64,000 nucleotides of DNA from Podarcis filfolensis. Taxonomy: Eukaryota. Under the pieces are notes generated by a model. The model had not been told where the DNA came from. It did not search any database and saw only the letters and a list, made by a program, of their open reading frames with translations. Both the position numbers and the translations under genes were made by a program. The DNA lies in NCBI GenBank assembly GCA_964270895.1, contig OZ185447.1; one strand, 5' to 3'. Each line of letters opens with the position of its first letter. Position 1 is the stretch's first letter. Below, piece after piece: positions 39,101-52,190 of this stretch.

Positions 39101-40058
39101 AAAAATAAAAATAAAAATTGTCCAGTAGCACCTTAGAGACCAACTAAGTTTGTTCTTGCTATAAGCTTTCGTGTGCATGCACATGAAAGCTTATACCAAG
39201 AACAAACTTAGTTGGTCTTGTTACCGGAGAAATCTGAGGGCTCTCTTAGACAAAAAAACAAGGACACCAGCCAGGAATACCAGAGCAAAACAGCAGCCAG
39301 TAGGCTTGGTCTTTATTGAAGACTGTCGTGACAGGACTCCCAACTGCCACAAGGTGGAACAAGATAGAAGCCCCAAACAAAAGAGCCCCCAAACTTTTAT
39401 TAGCTGCTAATCCCCATGTCACACACCCTAAACTACATCACTCATACATCATGGTTACATCATGAAAGGGGAGGTCTGGTGGCAGTAATCTGAGCATCCT
39501 GGACCCTGCCCCATGGTTCTCCTTGCCCTCCACCAAACACCCATCAAGTGTAACAAAAAAGATATTTACATTTCCCTGCTTCCCATCCAAGTTAATCACA
39601 CCCTTTTGTCTTCATCTGGGTTTGTTATTTCTGGAATGGCTACCTGTCTGGCACTCAGGTATTAGGATGCCAGGGATTATCACTCAGGCAGAGGGGCTGA
39701 TGAGTAGCTGAGCTCACATGTCTATATGAATTTCTGAAGTTTTCCCAGTGAGCCAGTACATAGATACATTTATCAGTGAATTGTTACATTTGGTATCATG
39801 CAGCAAAGGCCCTTTGAATAGATAGGAAGAAACTGTGATGAAGTGTTTTGTGGGGACAAATCACAAAAGTCACAAAAGCGATTGTGCTGATTTTGGTAGT
39901 GGGCTGCATATGCATAATATCTGTTGGAGGGGCAACCCCCCCAACCTATACATAAATTCCTGCAACAGTCTCTAGGGTGCTACTGGACAATTTTTAAAAA
40001 ATGTTAAATATATTTTGACTGCGTCAGACCAACACAACTATCTACCTGAATCTAGAAC
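39101..40058. mobile_element. Fold-back PLE pLTR derivative (about 205 bp), interrupted by a solo LTR
   Basis: 15-bp TSD CATAGGAATAAACAA at 39086-39100 and 40059-40073; palindrome centred on GTGTGCA|TGCACAT; tail resembles the PLE tail at 19540-19579. Confidence 0.85.
39219..39967 (-). mobile_element. Solo LTR (ERV1- or Gypsy-type), 749 bp
   Basis: TG...CA ends (TGTT/AACA); 4-bp TSD GTCT at 39215-39218 and 39968-39971; on the minus strand a TAATAAAAG TATA-like motif (39402-39394) and AATAAA (39317-39312). Confidence 0.85.
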
Positions 40059-42783
40059 CATAGGAATAAACAATTCATGTTACCTCTCTTGACGGATGCT
40101 GAATGTGGCATGCGATACAACTAAGCTCAGAAAAACCCAGTAGCACCCCACCCTCCTAAAATATCCTTGCTCTGGACATGGATTCTGGGTGCCCTTAAAG
40201 CCTCTCTTGAAGTTCTGTCCCACATACACACTTCCTGAATTGCTGCCCATAAAGGGACAACTCCATATTCTGCTGCTCTATCTAAATACTCAAATTTCCC
40301 ACCCAGTGCTGCTGAAGTTTTCAACAAGAAGAATGGGGCAAGAACAAAGCTTTACCATAGTCTAAGCTACCTTCATGGGCATAGCAAGCTGAATGGAAAA
40401 CTGAAGGTTTGGAGGTGATGAACTGGAGGAGAGGAGGTCACCCTGCAGCCATCTTGACTATTAGTGACACAACCAGGAGCATGGCAATTGTCCTGGGGAA
40501 GACAGCATCTGTCTTGATCAGGAGACCAGTTGTGAACTAAAGTATCCCATATCTCCAGACAGAAGTGGCGGTTGGAAGCATAAGCAAAAACACTGGAAAT
40601 GAGGCTTTCCCAAGCATTTAGATCTGTCTAAATGAGCCATAAGCTGCTGGTAAAGCACAGCTTCATTCTGTTTGTTACAAGTGAGTGGGTCTTATAGAAG
40701 CTGAAGGGGGAAATTAATTTTTCCACCTCTTGAGAATGCCAAGTAACAGACATGGGTCAAGGGTTGCGGGCAGTCACCATTTTCACAGGCTTTACTCAAA
40801 CCCATGTTTATAATAGCAAACCACTGTGGCTAATCACATGTTCTGTTTGTTTCTTAAATGTATCTGTCACTTCTTAACAATATTCTCATCTCGCTTTCAT
40901 CTTTGGACCAGATGATGTAGTTATTCTGGGCTGGATCCAGAGTTAAGTGTGCTAATGGGACTGGTGGAAATCTACTTCCCACCACCTCCTACATCTGGCA
41001 GTCCCCGCTACCCACGCATGCAACACAGGGACTTAAGGGAATTTGCTGAACGGGATGGGCTGTGGTGTGGGGGCAGCCTCAGAATGGTTGGAGGCAACTT
41101 TCCTGAACAGAATCTTGCCACATACTTTCGCCTACACTTATGTATAACTTTTACTCCTTACCAAAAATTCCTAACCCTGACTTGCTCCCAAGTCTTCCCC
41201 GTCCCTAAGCCTTTTCAGAAAGCTTCTGAAGCAGCTTTCTTGACCCAAATATTTCCATGCCATCTCTTTTTATGATCTCCATTACTTTCCACTGCAAACT
41301 TAGTTTTGAAGATTTTCATCTTCCTGTTCTTTTGCTATTGGCACCGTTGATCTTTCCCTTTCATGTCCTTTTCTGAAATACTTGCAGCTTTCAGAGTTTT
41401 TCTTGAATCACGGCCACTAGTTAATCCATATATCCTTCTTGCTATCCCATGACTTTTGCATTATCCATCTATGCTTAAAATTACCAACATTCTAGTACTG
41501 AGCACATCACTTTGTGGACTGTGTCATTGTTGCAATCCCTTCAGTGCCATGTTAAGACATATTTATTTGCCCAGGTCTTAAGTTAGTTTTATTGCCTTGC
41601 CTCTACTTGCTTTACAGCAGGAAAGGAGGAACTTTTTGGGATGGAGGGCCACATTACCCCAGTGAAAAGCTGTCAGAGGCCACATTTCAATAGTCATACA
41701 TAATCATACATCACTGACAATCTCACACAGATTAAATTCTACTTCCCGTGGAAAGACACATATGTTAAATTCTTAGTAACTGCACTCAGGTTACATCTTC
41801 CACTTTCTCCAAAGACTTTAAAAAAACCAATCTTGTAAGAACGAAAGATTTCCTTTTACCTGTCAAAAAAGTTCAGCGATCCCAGAAGAATACAATGTAC
41901 AGCTGAATAGCAAACCTTGCCTTACAACTATTCAAAGTCTCAAACTTCAAAATGAAATTGCATCCCCAAAATTGCATGTAAACAATTGCAAAATGTATGG
42001 AGAACTTTTTGCATATTAGCAAAGTGCAAGCTCAAGTCTTCACGTAGCTAGAGTTTCTTACTTCCTACAGAAGATCTCCTTGCGCAGGAAGGAGTTGCAT
42101 TTTCACATCTTGCAAAGGAGGTTGTAAAGAAAGTCTCTCCCCCACCTCCCAATGCAATGGTACACTCTCCCTCTCTTTTTGGTTCCCTCTTCCCCTTTCC
42201 CCCCAGCTAAGCTGATTGCACAGATCAGCTGTTTAACATGAAACAGCTGATGGGGGAGGAAATGCATCTCCCAGCTGAAGAAGTGATGGGTGAGAGGGGA
42301 CAGAAAGGGCCAGAATAAGTCGAACTGCAGGCCAAATCTGGACTGGAGACTCCCCTCCCCTGTGCTATAGTTTCATTTTGTTATGAAGGATGTGGGATTT
42401 GATGTTTATACTACTGTATTTTTATTATTGCATACCACACTGGAATTTGTCAGGATAAAGTTCAGAATTTTTGAAAAATAAAATAGGTCACCTATCATGC
42501 TGTTGGCACTAGCTTCCTAATGAATAACAAATTCCATTCTCTCAGAGTCACTGACAAGGGTTTAGAAGGATACTTTGAAAGGATGGACTAATTAGGATTA
42601 ATACCTCCACAGGTATCAGCTCAGCTTCTTTCCTTGTGTCTCTTGCCTGCCACATTCAACAACTAAATTGCATTGAGATTTCCAGATACATACAGCCCCT
42701 TGAAATATACTTTTCACTTGCAGCTATACACAACCAGCTTTACAGAGTAGAAGGGCAAAGTAATGTGAACACCAGCAACTTAC

Positions 42784-42878
42784 GCATTGCAATACGGCTT
42801 CTTCTCATAGCCCTTGTAGTTTTTCATGTTGAGAGTCATCTTGCAGACCTCGCAGTGGAAACATGCTTTATGCCAAAA
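42784..42878 (-). CDS. LASP1: LASP1 exon 2 (LIM domain, [32 protein letters not shown])
   Basis: 95 nt, AG acceptor 42880-42879, GTAAGT donor; completes the LIM zinc fingers; phase 0 in, 2 out. Confidence 0.97.
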
Positions 42879-45800
42879 CTGGGAAAACATGAGAAACAAG
42901 TGTTAATGTAGAAAGTTTTATAGTGGGCTACTTCTTCCTAGCTGGAAAATGTTTTTCCCAGCAGTGGCTATTAGCCTCTAGAAATTACAATCAAGCATGC
43001 TGCAAGAAGACTCTTTCTAGTATCCTGCAGCACTGTCTCCTCCAGAGCTTTCCAAACTTCAGGTAAAACACTTTTTAGATATGCATCATTTTGCAACACA
43101 GAAACACAGGTTTTACTAGCAAACCAGAGGTTAAACTAACCCCTTTCCTGCCCTGGGAGCGTTCATGCAACACAGCTACACGCTGCAGCCGACACACTAA
43201 CGTGTCATGACACACAGTTTGGAAAGCTCTGGTCTGCTCCATTATGAAGGTCTGTTTAGACATATGCTTGACCAAAGAGCCTTTCAACAGCATTTACTCA
43301 ACCCAAAAACACACTGTGTTTAAAGTTTAAAGACAGGCTAGGGAAAACATTCCTTTGTATTCAGTCAATGACCTATTTGTTTTTCAACAAACAAGCATTA
43401 GCAGTTTATACAATGTGGTCAGCGCTAACCAAAATTGTATTATATTGGCACATGATGAGCCTTAGGAAATATTTCCAACTCATCACCTGACTGCGAGTTC
43501 TCTCCCCACCCTCCCCCAACAGGAAGTTGCCATATGTGGCCTTAGCACAGAAATCTAATCCTGATACGCTGAGGAAGGTCTCCTTTCACAGTAACTCTGA
43601 AACCACTGTAGTAGGCTTTCCATATGGTCTTGAAAGATAGCTCATCATGCAAGATTGATGCTAAAGCAGCCTTGATTCCCAGATGCTCCTCTAAATGAAA
43701 TATTTTATGTCTTATAAAAAGCAGACTAGGAGAAAAGCTCCACACTGAGAACAGGTAACACAGAATTGTCAACCAGCAACTATTCTGGTAATAAGTAGAA
43801 ATACAGATTTCCACAACCACATGGTGAGCTGGAGATCTCTTATAGCCAAGCAGCATGCCAGTTTGACTAGAAGATACTGGATTTTGAGAGCAAGAGCAGA
43901 GATGCCTCTAAATTTTGAAAATCTATGCTAATTTCTCCCACTTTCCACAGCTTGGAAGTGCAATTACTCACCTCTGTCAAACAAGCGAAGCAAACGATCA
44001 GAAAGTCACTTGTTTTATCTTAAACACATTCTAAATTCTACAAACCATTCTGGACAGTTCTGAAAATTATTCAGCACTAACCGCTTGGGGAAGGGAATAT
44101 GTGGACTATTGTGGGAAATAATGCACATGTTCAGGAGTGGCACATCATCTAAATGATGAAAGGGATGTAATTATTTTCAAAAGTTCACATGCTCTGAGAA
44201 AATGTACAAGATCACAAGTATTTTACAATATCCTTCCAAAACATATTTTGTAAATGTTTGTGATCATGCAGAAAAGTCAATGGTTCAGAAATAAAATTAT
44301 CTTTAAAAACTCAGACTGGGATATTAAGAAGAAAAAAGTTGGAACATATTTCTAAAGGTGGAGAGCAAGAAGTTTGGGCAATAATGCCTCTCTATGCCCC
44401 CTTCTTAGCAGCATGAAAAATAGAGATATGTCCGTGGGTATGTAAAAGAAGGGGCTTCTAAGCCAACACACTATCAAAAACTTCACAGGGACTCCTTTTT
44501 GGCTTTTCATCTGTAAGAGCTAAAAAAACTTGACTTGAACAAACTTCTGTAGAAACTATCAGATACCATGCAAAGTGAAGTTTATATTTTATGATGTGAT
44601 TGTACCTAGTTAAGTTGCTCTGTCCATAGGTTCTACCAGCTGACCTGTGCTTCCTTCATGTGCAAAAATTTCAGCTTTTAAAAGAAATATTATAATAAGC
44701 AAATGCCAGAATTCTATTTAATGACCAAGATCTACAGCTAGGTTTGCTAGTCTTGTAAAACCAACATTTAGTGGTGGCTGCATTATATTGAAAATACGGT
44801 ATGGTGTGAATGAGAGAGTACCACACCCAATACTTAAACATGCCCACAACCTAGCATGAGATGACTCAGTATTCGAGCAAAGCAAGCCTGTCTCACTTTG
44901 ATCGCCCAGGGCAATAGATTTGCACCTTCACCTATGGCTGATGGCCAATTCCTCTTGCAGAAATGAATTTCTGTATTGTGCTCAACAGGCCCCTCTGGTT
45001 GCTAACAGGCAAAACTTGTTATTAACTCTTCCTGTTATGTAACCTCTAGCTGTTTCTAATGCACATATATGAAACCTTAAGATTTTCAGACTCATTTATG
45101 TTTACACATATTTAAAACTGCATTAGCAATAGAGAGCAAGGGTCACTGCATTCCTGGAATGTCTGCCAAGTTTTGTACCCCAGACTGGCAGACTTTTTAG
45201 TATAAGTAAATAGTTTAAGATTTGACAAAATCAGCTGTACCCATTTATTTATTTTTTGTAGTCTATTGCAACAATTCAGACTTTGGGCAATAACAAGTCT
45301 TTCATTACCAAAAGGATGCAGGGTTGCAGAGAGCCTTAAATAACGTTTCTAAACCACAGCATTTCCACCTTCAGTATGTATGCAGACTTCAGGCTGTCTA
45401 AAAACTGCATCTCAAGCACATAACCAAGGAGCATGCAACTCCAATACTGCCCCAAGACAAAAAGCTACTCAACCTTCAACATTAGCATTCTGTCAAGTAT
45501 GTACTCATAGTTTGCAATCACATACAAGCTTATCCCTGGGTAAAGCTATGTGGCTTAAACTTTACCTTAAACATAAAATGGAAAACTGAAACTAGTGTAG
45601 TGTGGGGCCGTGCTCACACATTACTTCAGCTTAACAGAGATGCTTTAAATCCTCAACAGCTTCTGTCTGCATACAAAGTTTAAAATTCAACCACCACCCC
45701 CAGTCACAGAGGAAGCAAATGCTTGAAGAAATACAGCTAGTCAGCATTAAAATGTTCCTCTCACCCTCACCTTTTTGAAACTTGGAAATTATACCCAAAA

Positions 45801-48800
45801 TTAAGTCACCAAGATCACAGAATACTTGTGTGGAATACCAGTACTGTAAGTTGAAGCTACTTGAGACAATATCTGGAAAGTTGATATGACAGCGGTCTGC
45901 ACACTAAGGAAAACCAGTAAACTTAAGACAAATCTACGTTTCAACATCACCTGCCATTTGGATCCATATATGGTTATATGGAAGTTAACCTTAACTCTTC
46001 AGAAATGCTGTCTCCTTACATATCTGGCAATGTTCCCCTTTTTTAAAGGGAAATTCCCTTATTCCGAATAGGATTCCTTGCAAGAAAAAGGAAAGGTTGA
46101 CAGCTATGGTCTCCTTAACGACAGCCTGACACTCATCTTATATGCAATGCAACTCCTATGACCTACTGCTTTGAAATTAGAACACACAGATGTATGCCTT
46201 GAGTTCTGATGCTGACCAAGGGAGCCAGTGTGCCAGTTTCTGCATTTGCTGAAGCACAGAGATCTAAAACAGCAGTTCTGAACTTAGTGTTCAGGCTCAA
46301 TTCCACACCAGTTCTATCAGCATTTTGTCAAAGCCATGCAAATCCCCACTATGAGATAAACACTACCGAACAGTGGGCAGTGATGTATGTGGGGGGATAA
46401 AATCTCTTCTTTTGTGAAGGTGGGACAGTTTCTTTCCTCCTCTTATTTCCCCATAAACACTCTTCTCTGAAACACTGGCTCAATTATTATTATCAGCAAG
46501 CACTAGTACAACTTGCTCTGAATGAAAACTAGACCAGTGACTATTCTGCATGTCAAATTATACCCCTTCACTGCATTCAATAAAAGGGGTTTTTTGCTTT
46601 CTATTGTTCACACCAGGAAACTCAGCAGGAACTTCAGCAACACGCAGTTGGATTAAAAGACACTCCTCTACCACCTCAGAACACAAATATCTAATCAGTA
46701 GCTATAGCTTGTGGAAATATTGTCCGCTCTTTCCAAAAGAGGCACAATGTGTGGAGCTGGAAAACTCCAAATGCCTCACTAAGGCACCTAGGAATATGAT
46801 TTTTTTAAAAGTCCAGAATGTGTATGGAGGTGAGGGGGTACAATATAATCCTGATGAACCTGTAAACAAACCATGTGCTGCACAATTTGGAAATATACAA
46901 GACACACATAGCACAGTGCCTATAACCCAGGACTTCTGATTCTTTCTCTCCCTTTTAAAAACAACCCCTTCTTCTCAAAACATCCATCTTTAAGACTGTA
47001 GGAATATTTTGCATCACCCCATCTACATTTTGTATTAATCTAGTTAAAAAAACACACATTTTTATAGGACAGTCAGCAGGCTTATTTCTTTCAACCTATG
47101 CCTGCAGCATTCCTTGATAAAGCAGGGAGTGGATGTGATTTTTTCTTTAAACAGAGAAGAAAGGAACGCAGGTGATATAAACCCTCTTCTGCATGTAATT
47201 GACTATCCTGACACACACACCCTTTAAGGTCTGATACTAGAGAACATGGCTTGGCAAAAAGCACCTGGGTTCAGAGGCTATAAGGAGGTAAGTGGTGCAC
47301 TTTTGTGATAATTCAAGTTTCCTTCATCCACATGCCCCTTTTGCTTTAAATATCCAAACCAGATTAGGATTTAAATGAATCTAGTTTAAAGTGAATTAAA
47401 AGGTATATTGACAGACTACTGCAAAGTGCTGGTGGGATGTGCCTACCACAGAGCTGTAGCTACAGGGCAGGTGGGCTGGCTAGTCACATTTTTTTGCCAG
47501 GGTGAAGGCTCCAGAGGGGCACCATTGAGGCTCCCAGCCTGTATGTGTGCCAAACTGGGTCTTTGACCTGGCTGAAATAAAGTCTAATTTTGCCCCTACC
47601 TACCACTCTGAAGAGAAAATGGATGCAGTTACACAGCTAAGTTCACTTTGGACTGGGAACAAGGAATGGGGGGGAGGAAGTTGAATTTCTTGAATTTGGA
47701 GTGATGTGATCGAGATATATGCATTTTTCGGACACATTTTTCTAAGTCTTACAAAATTTTGTTGGAGAAATAATTAGTGTAACTAAGACTAATTACACTT
47801 ATTAAGAACTACTAATTATTCTGGTATTGACAATCATTCGCAAAACTAAATCTGGTCTCTCTTCAGTCTTGGAATATGGCATAAAAGATTAAAAAACTTA
47901 AACAAACACAAACAGCAGCAGCAAAAAGAAGGAAGCCTGCCCTTTAAATAAATCTATAAAACCAATTCTAAGTTTTTAAACTCTGAAACACTGCTGAACA
48001 ATCCATCTGGAGGGAGGAGGCAAGGGAACAGAATCTAAATGTAAAGCAGATGATAGCTTGTTAGTCCCTTTTCATTTTGTCTGTTGAGACACCCAGCTGT
48101 GTTTGTAACTGCGGAAAATAAAAAGCACTAGAAGTTCTCTTTGTTACTGGCTTTATCAGAAACTAGTTTAAGAACATTACAGAAAAAAAGTTGAGGTGAT
48201 GTGGCACTTACACTGCTTCTTAAAATGGGGTTCACACAAGCAGCTGAGAACAGCTCAGAAATTCCTGTCTTTTAACCTTAGCAGTCAAAACTGGAATAAC
48301 TGGAATACCTCCAACATCACATTCAGTTGTTCCATAGATTTTTTTAATGGAGAAATTGAGAAGGTGCTTTTCTCCAATATTGCCATACAGCCACCTCTTA
48401 TTGGACAGAAGACTTGGTAGAAATGCTATAAGCTATAGCTTGCTTATTTCCCAATCTAATTCACCATCAAATAAGGAAAAAGGGAAACAAGGGAAAAGAT
48501 AGGGGAAAGCTAGACTGCAGATTTGTTTAGGTTACCTCAATGCTCACACCCTTCAGATAAAGGGGAAGACTGTAGTATTTGAGGGAGAGGGCTTGGGGAG
48601 TACTAACAGTCACTACTGATAGGAAGAAAAGCAATCTAAGAGAGTGCCAGATGAATGATCTAAGAATGCATCTCCTTTGGTGATTTGCTGTGTTGACAGC
48701 ACATGCTCTTTACCTTTTCCCATATGTGTCCCCTAAAGCCAGATTCTTTCTCAAAAGGCAGACTGTTGTGATTCAAGCTATCTACTGGTATCTAAATATC

Positions 48801-48918
48801 CACAGTCTTATTCCATTGTTTTAGGAAATGGGAGCTGTCAAACCTACCAAGACTAGGAGTGAGACTACTTACTTGCTCTCTTGTGTACACACACACACTC
48901 TTATACACATACCTAATC

Positions 48919-49041
48919 TAAGGTTACCAGATTTTTTTCAATGAATCGGGGGCACTTTTCAACTTCAATGGATTTCGCATGAGGACTGATTTTGTAAATC
49001 CGGGGACTGTCCCCGGGAAACAGGGACGTCTGGTAACTTTA
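48919..49041. mobile_element. Short hAT-like MITE
   Basis: TAAGGTTACCAGA / TCTGGTAACTTTA TIRs; 8-bp TSD ACCTAATC. Confidence 0.85.
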
Positions 49042-50129
49042 ACCTAATCACTCCCAAACTGTACCTTAACCACCACTTCTGACCAAATCTCTGCATTCCT
49101 CCGTTTATTTCAAGCTTTGTCTACTACTAGCAACCCCGGAGGGGGGTGGGGTGAATCTGCTGCCACAGATCACAGCCCTCTTTAAACATTCCCCATACTG
49201 TCTCCCTGCAAAGCTGCAAACCATTACAACTGTGCACCCCATGGCATAAAACATTTGAATTTCAGCAGCTGCTAAACCCAGGTTGCTCCTCATCACACCT
49301 TGCAGGCAATACACCACACTCTCTAATACCTTTTATATCCTCCTCAACACCTTTCAAAGTTGCCTCCTTGTCATTACTAGCACCCTCTGGGCATCCACAG
49401 AAAGCCTCCTCCAATTCACCAGCCAAGAAACTCATTCTCGGAATGGGTGGGGAGGAGGGAAGAGAAGGGGATCTGATCCCTAAGACAGGGAAAAATCCCT
49501 GCACTCGTTCCTTTCAGTGAACAACCTGTTATTGCCACCTTTCTGGGTTGGGTGTGTGCGTGTGAGTGAGCGTGTATTACATACATATACTGTATACACA
49601 CACACCCCTTTCCTCCAGGCTCTCTGCTTATCTGCCATGCCCTTTGGCCTACACTCCAATCACCAATTCCCCCACCCGCCAAATAGCAACTCCCCCCCTT
49701 TCTCTCTTTTTATTCTGCCCCTTAAGTCTTCCATTCCCAACCCCTCTGACCCCCCCCCTCCGCTCTAGCCATTCATAAACCGCCCCCCTTCCTTTTGTGC
49801 CTTACACCCTCCTTCCGTCCCCCCCCCCCAGACCATAGACTCTCCCCTCCCACCAATTCCTCACTTCGGGGACTGCCCACTCGACAGTCTTCCCCAAGAG
49901 ACCTCTACACTCCCTGACATACACCTACAGGCTCCCCGCGACCCACCACACCCCTAGATTTCCCCCCCCCTCTTTTTTGCTGGGGTCGTTTCCCCTCTTC
50001 CGCCTCACCACCACCCTCCCTGTTTCCCCACTGCTCCTGCTCTCCCCTTCCCCAGCTCAGCTTGAGACACGCCCCAAGAGCCTGATTTCTCACCCCCCCC
50101 AAGCCCGCCCCCCAAAGCAAGTGTGTGTG

Positions 50130-51240
50130 GGGGGGAACCAGCACCCCCAGTTCAGTTTGCCCTCAGCCCCTCCGCTGATTCGCAGCCCCGCCCGCTCAAC
50201 GGTCGCCGCCGCCGCCGCCGCCGCCGCCCTCTCCTCACCCGGCAGCAGCACCCACCTTGTCGAGGCAGTTCACCTTCTCGGTCGGGTACACGATCTTGCC
50301 GCAGCGGGCACAGCTGGGGTTCATGGCGGCCGAGGCGAGGAGGAAAGCGTGTGTGTGTGTGTGGAGGGAGGGGAGAGAAATGCCTGCGCGTGTAAGGAAG
50401 GGAGGGAACCAGGAAAAAAAAATAGGGGTGAGGGGAGAGAGAGAGAGAGACCCCCGCGGAAGGCGGCGGCGGCGGCGGTGGGAGTTGGCCCCGGCTGCCT
50501 GGAAAACTGCGCCCGTGGCGAGGCTTGTAACGCAGAAGCGAGCGGGAGGAGGAAGAGGGCGTGAGGGAAAGAGAGAGAGAGAGAGAGGAAGGAAAAGAAG
50601 CCGCCTCGGCAACGGCTGGAAACGACTGAGGGGAGGGGCGCGGCCAGCCAGCCAGCCCAGTCAGTCGCTCCCTCACGCGCCTCCGCCCTCGACGCGCCCG
50701 CGCGCGCGCACCAGCCAACCGTGGGGGCGGCGAGGGAATGGCGCGCGGGGTTGCGGCGCGTGCGTGCGTGAGTCGCCTGAAGCAACGGCCAGACTAAACG
50801 AAGAAAAAAAAAAAAAGGCGGGCGGGCGGCGAGTCGCGAGAGGGAGGAATAACCCGAAAAGGAGGCTAATGTCTGTCAGAAGCTTATGTGGGGGTGGCGG
50901 CGGGGATGACGGTGGTGTCTCTCTCCCCCCCCCCCAATCTCCTTATGGTTCCCCACCACAGCCGGGCTCTTTGGAGAATTAAATCTTAATTCCACGTCGT
51001 CAGGACTTTATTGAGTCGTATCTTCTTCCTCTTTCCCGCCGCCAAGTAAGCTGCGCGGGACTCATGGCTCCTGAGGAGAAATGGCCTATAGGATGCAGCG
51101 CCTGTCAAAAGGTCGGGTCTGTGGTCGTTCCGACCCAATGTGCGCAGTGCGGGCTTACTCCCGAGTAAAACATGCCTAGGGCGCTAGGCTGTAAAAGGTG
51201 AAATACGGCCAAACACACCCTCAGGCGGAGTCGGGCGTTT
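50130..51240 (-). promoter_or_regulatory. LASP1: LASP1 CpG-island promoter / 5' UTR
   Basis: Very CpG/GC-rich, with GC-box-like GGGAGGGGCG, (GCC)n and (GA)n tracts, around the start codon. Confidence 0.85.
50256..50324 (-). CDS. LASP1: LASP1 exon 1 CDS (LIM domain N-term, [23 protein letters not shown])
   Basis: ATG at 50324 in GCCGCCATG Kozak context; 69 nt; GT donor at 50255-50254; translation matches the LASP1 N-terminus with CxxC LIM cysteines; inside a CpG island. Confidence 0.97.
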
Positions 51241-51779
51241 GTTTCTCTGTGGTGGCAACGTTTTTGAAATAATGGTCTGCTCTCTGCTTCCTACCACCAC
51301 CACCGCGCCTCTTTTCCCTGGCGGCCTTCACGACATCGATCTCTACCTTTCTCACTTTCCTCCCCTGAAGAAGAAGGTCGGAGATGAATTTCCAGCAGGT
51401 GTTACTTTGCGGGACATGCTATACCTGTTGAAATGGCCGCCTGTCGTCTTGAGTTGCTGCTGTCTGCCCAGGGCTTTTAAAAGCAGGGGAGAGAGAAGAG
51501 AAGAGAAGAAAGGCTATGTTTGACTAGGTCATTTTATTCTGGACTTGCTCAGTAAGTTGCCCTGGGAAGGCGCTGAGCAGGGGGGTACAAAATGCCAAAA
51601 CGTTAACAAGTAAGCAATAGGAAAATCTGCACCTGTTGAATGCCTGCCTGTTGTGCAGCTTTCTGGAAACACAAGAAATGTTGCCAGTGCAGCCTGTATT
51701 TCTCAAGGCTGGCACATGTCCTCAGCCCAGTATTCTTGAATTGACAAGACGGAAGACGCCTGTGCGTGAATTGGTTTTA

Positions 51780-52190
51780 TGTGTGTAGATCAGTGCACGC
51801 TGACCAACGCACATTATACCATGTTTATGGAAGACAATCTTACTTGGCTACGAGTGATCGCCAAAGAAGAAAGATACCTGAAGGAGCGTCTTCACTCCCA
51901 TCATTCAGCCCAGAGCCCCAGACAATTGAGGTCCAGCTCCAAGCATCTTCTAGCGGTTCCCTCTCTGCGAGAAGTGAAGTTACAGGGAATCAGGCAGAGG
52001 GCCTTCTTGGTAGTGGCTCCTTTCCTGTGGCACACCCTCCCATCAGATGTCAAGGAAATAAGTAACCATACAACCTTTAGAAGACATCTGAAGGCAACCC
52101 TGTATAGGGAGGTTTTTAAGGCTTGATGTTTTTATGATGTTTTTAGATATGCTGTAAGCCGCCCAGAGTGGCTGGGTATACGTAAATAAG
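51780..52190 (+). mobile_element. L2-like LINE 3' fragment
   Basis: Decayed ORF2 end (AFLVVAPFLWHTLP...FRRHLKATL). Confidence 0.65.

Noticed and set aside
2515-50324. Assignment as NEBL/LASP2
   Set aside because: There are only two nebulin repeats, and the linker ([12 protein letters not shown]) and SH3 end (PANYVEAI) match LASP1.
50152-50982. Overlapping 125-241 aa ORFs at the LASP1 CpG island
   Set aside because: Stop-poor GC-rich, low-complexity sequence; only 50256-50324 is real coding.
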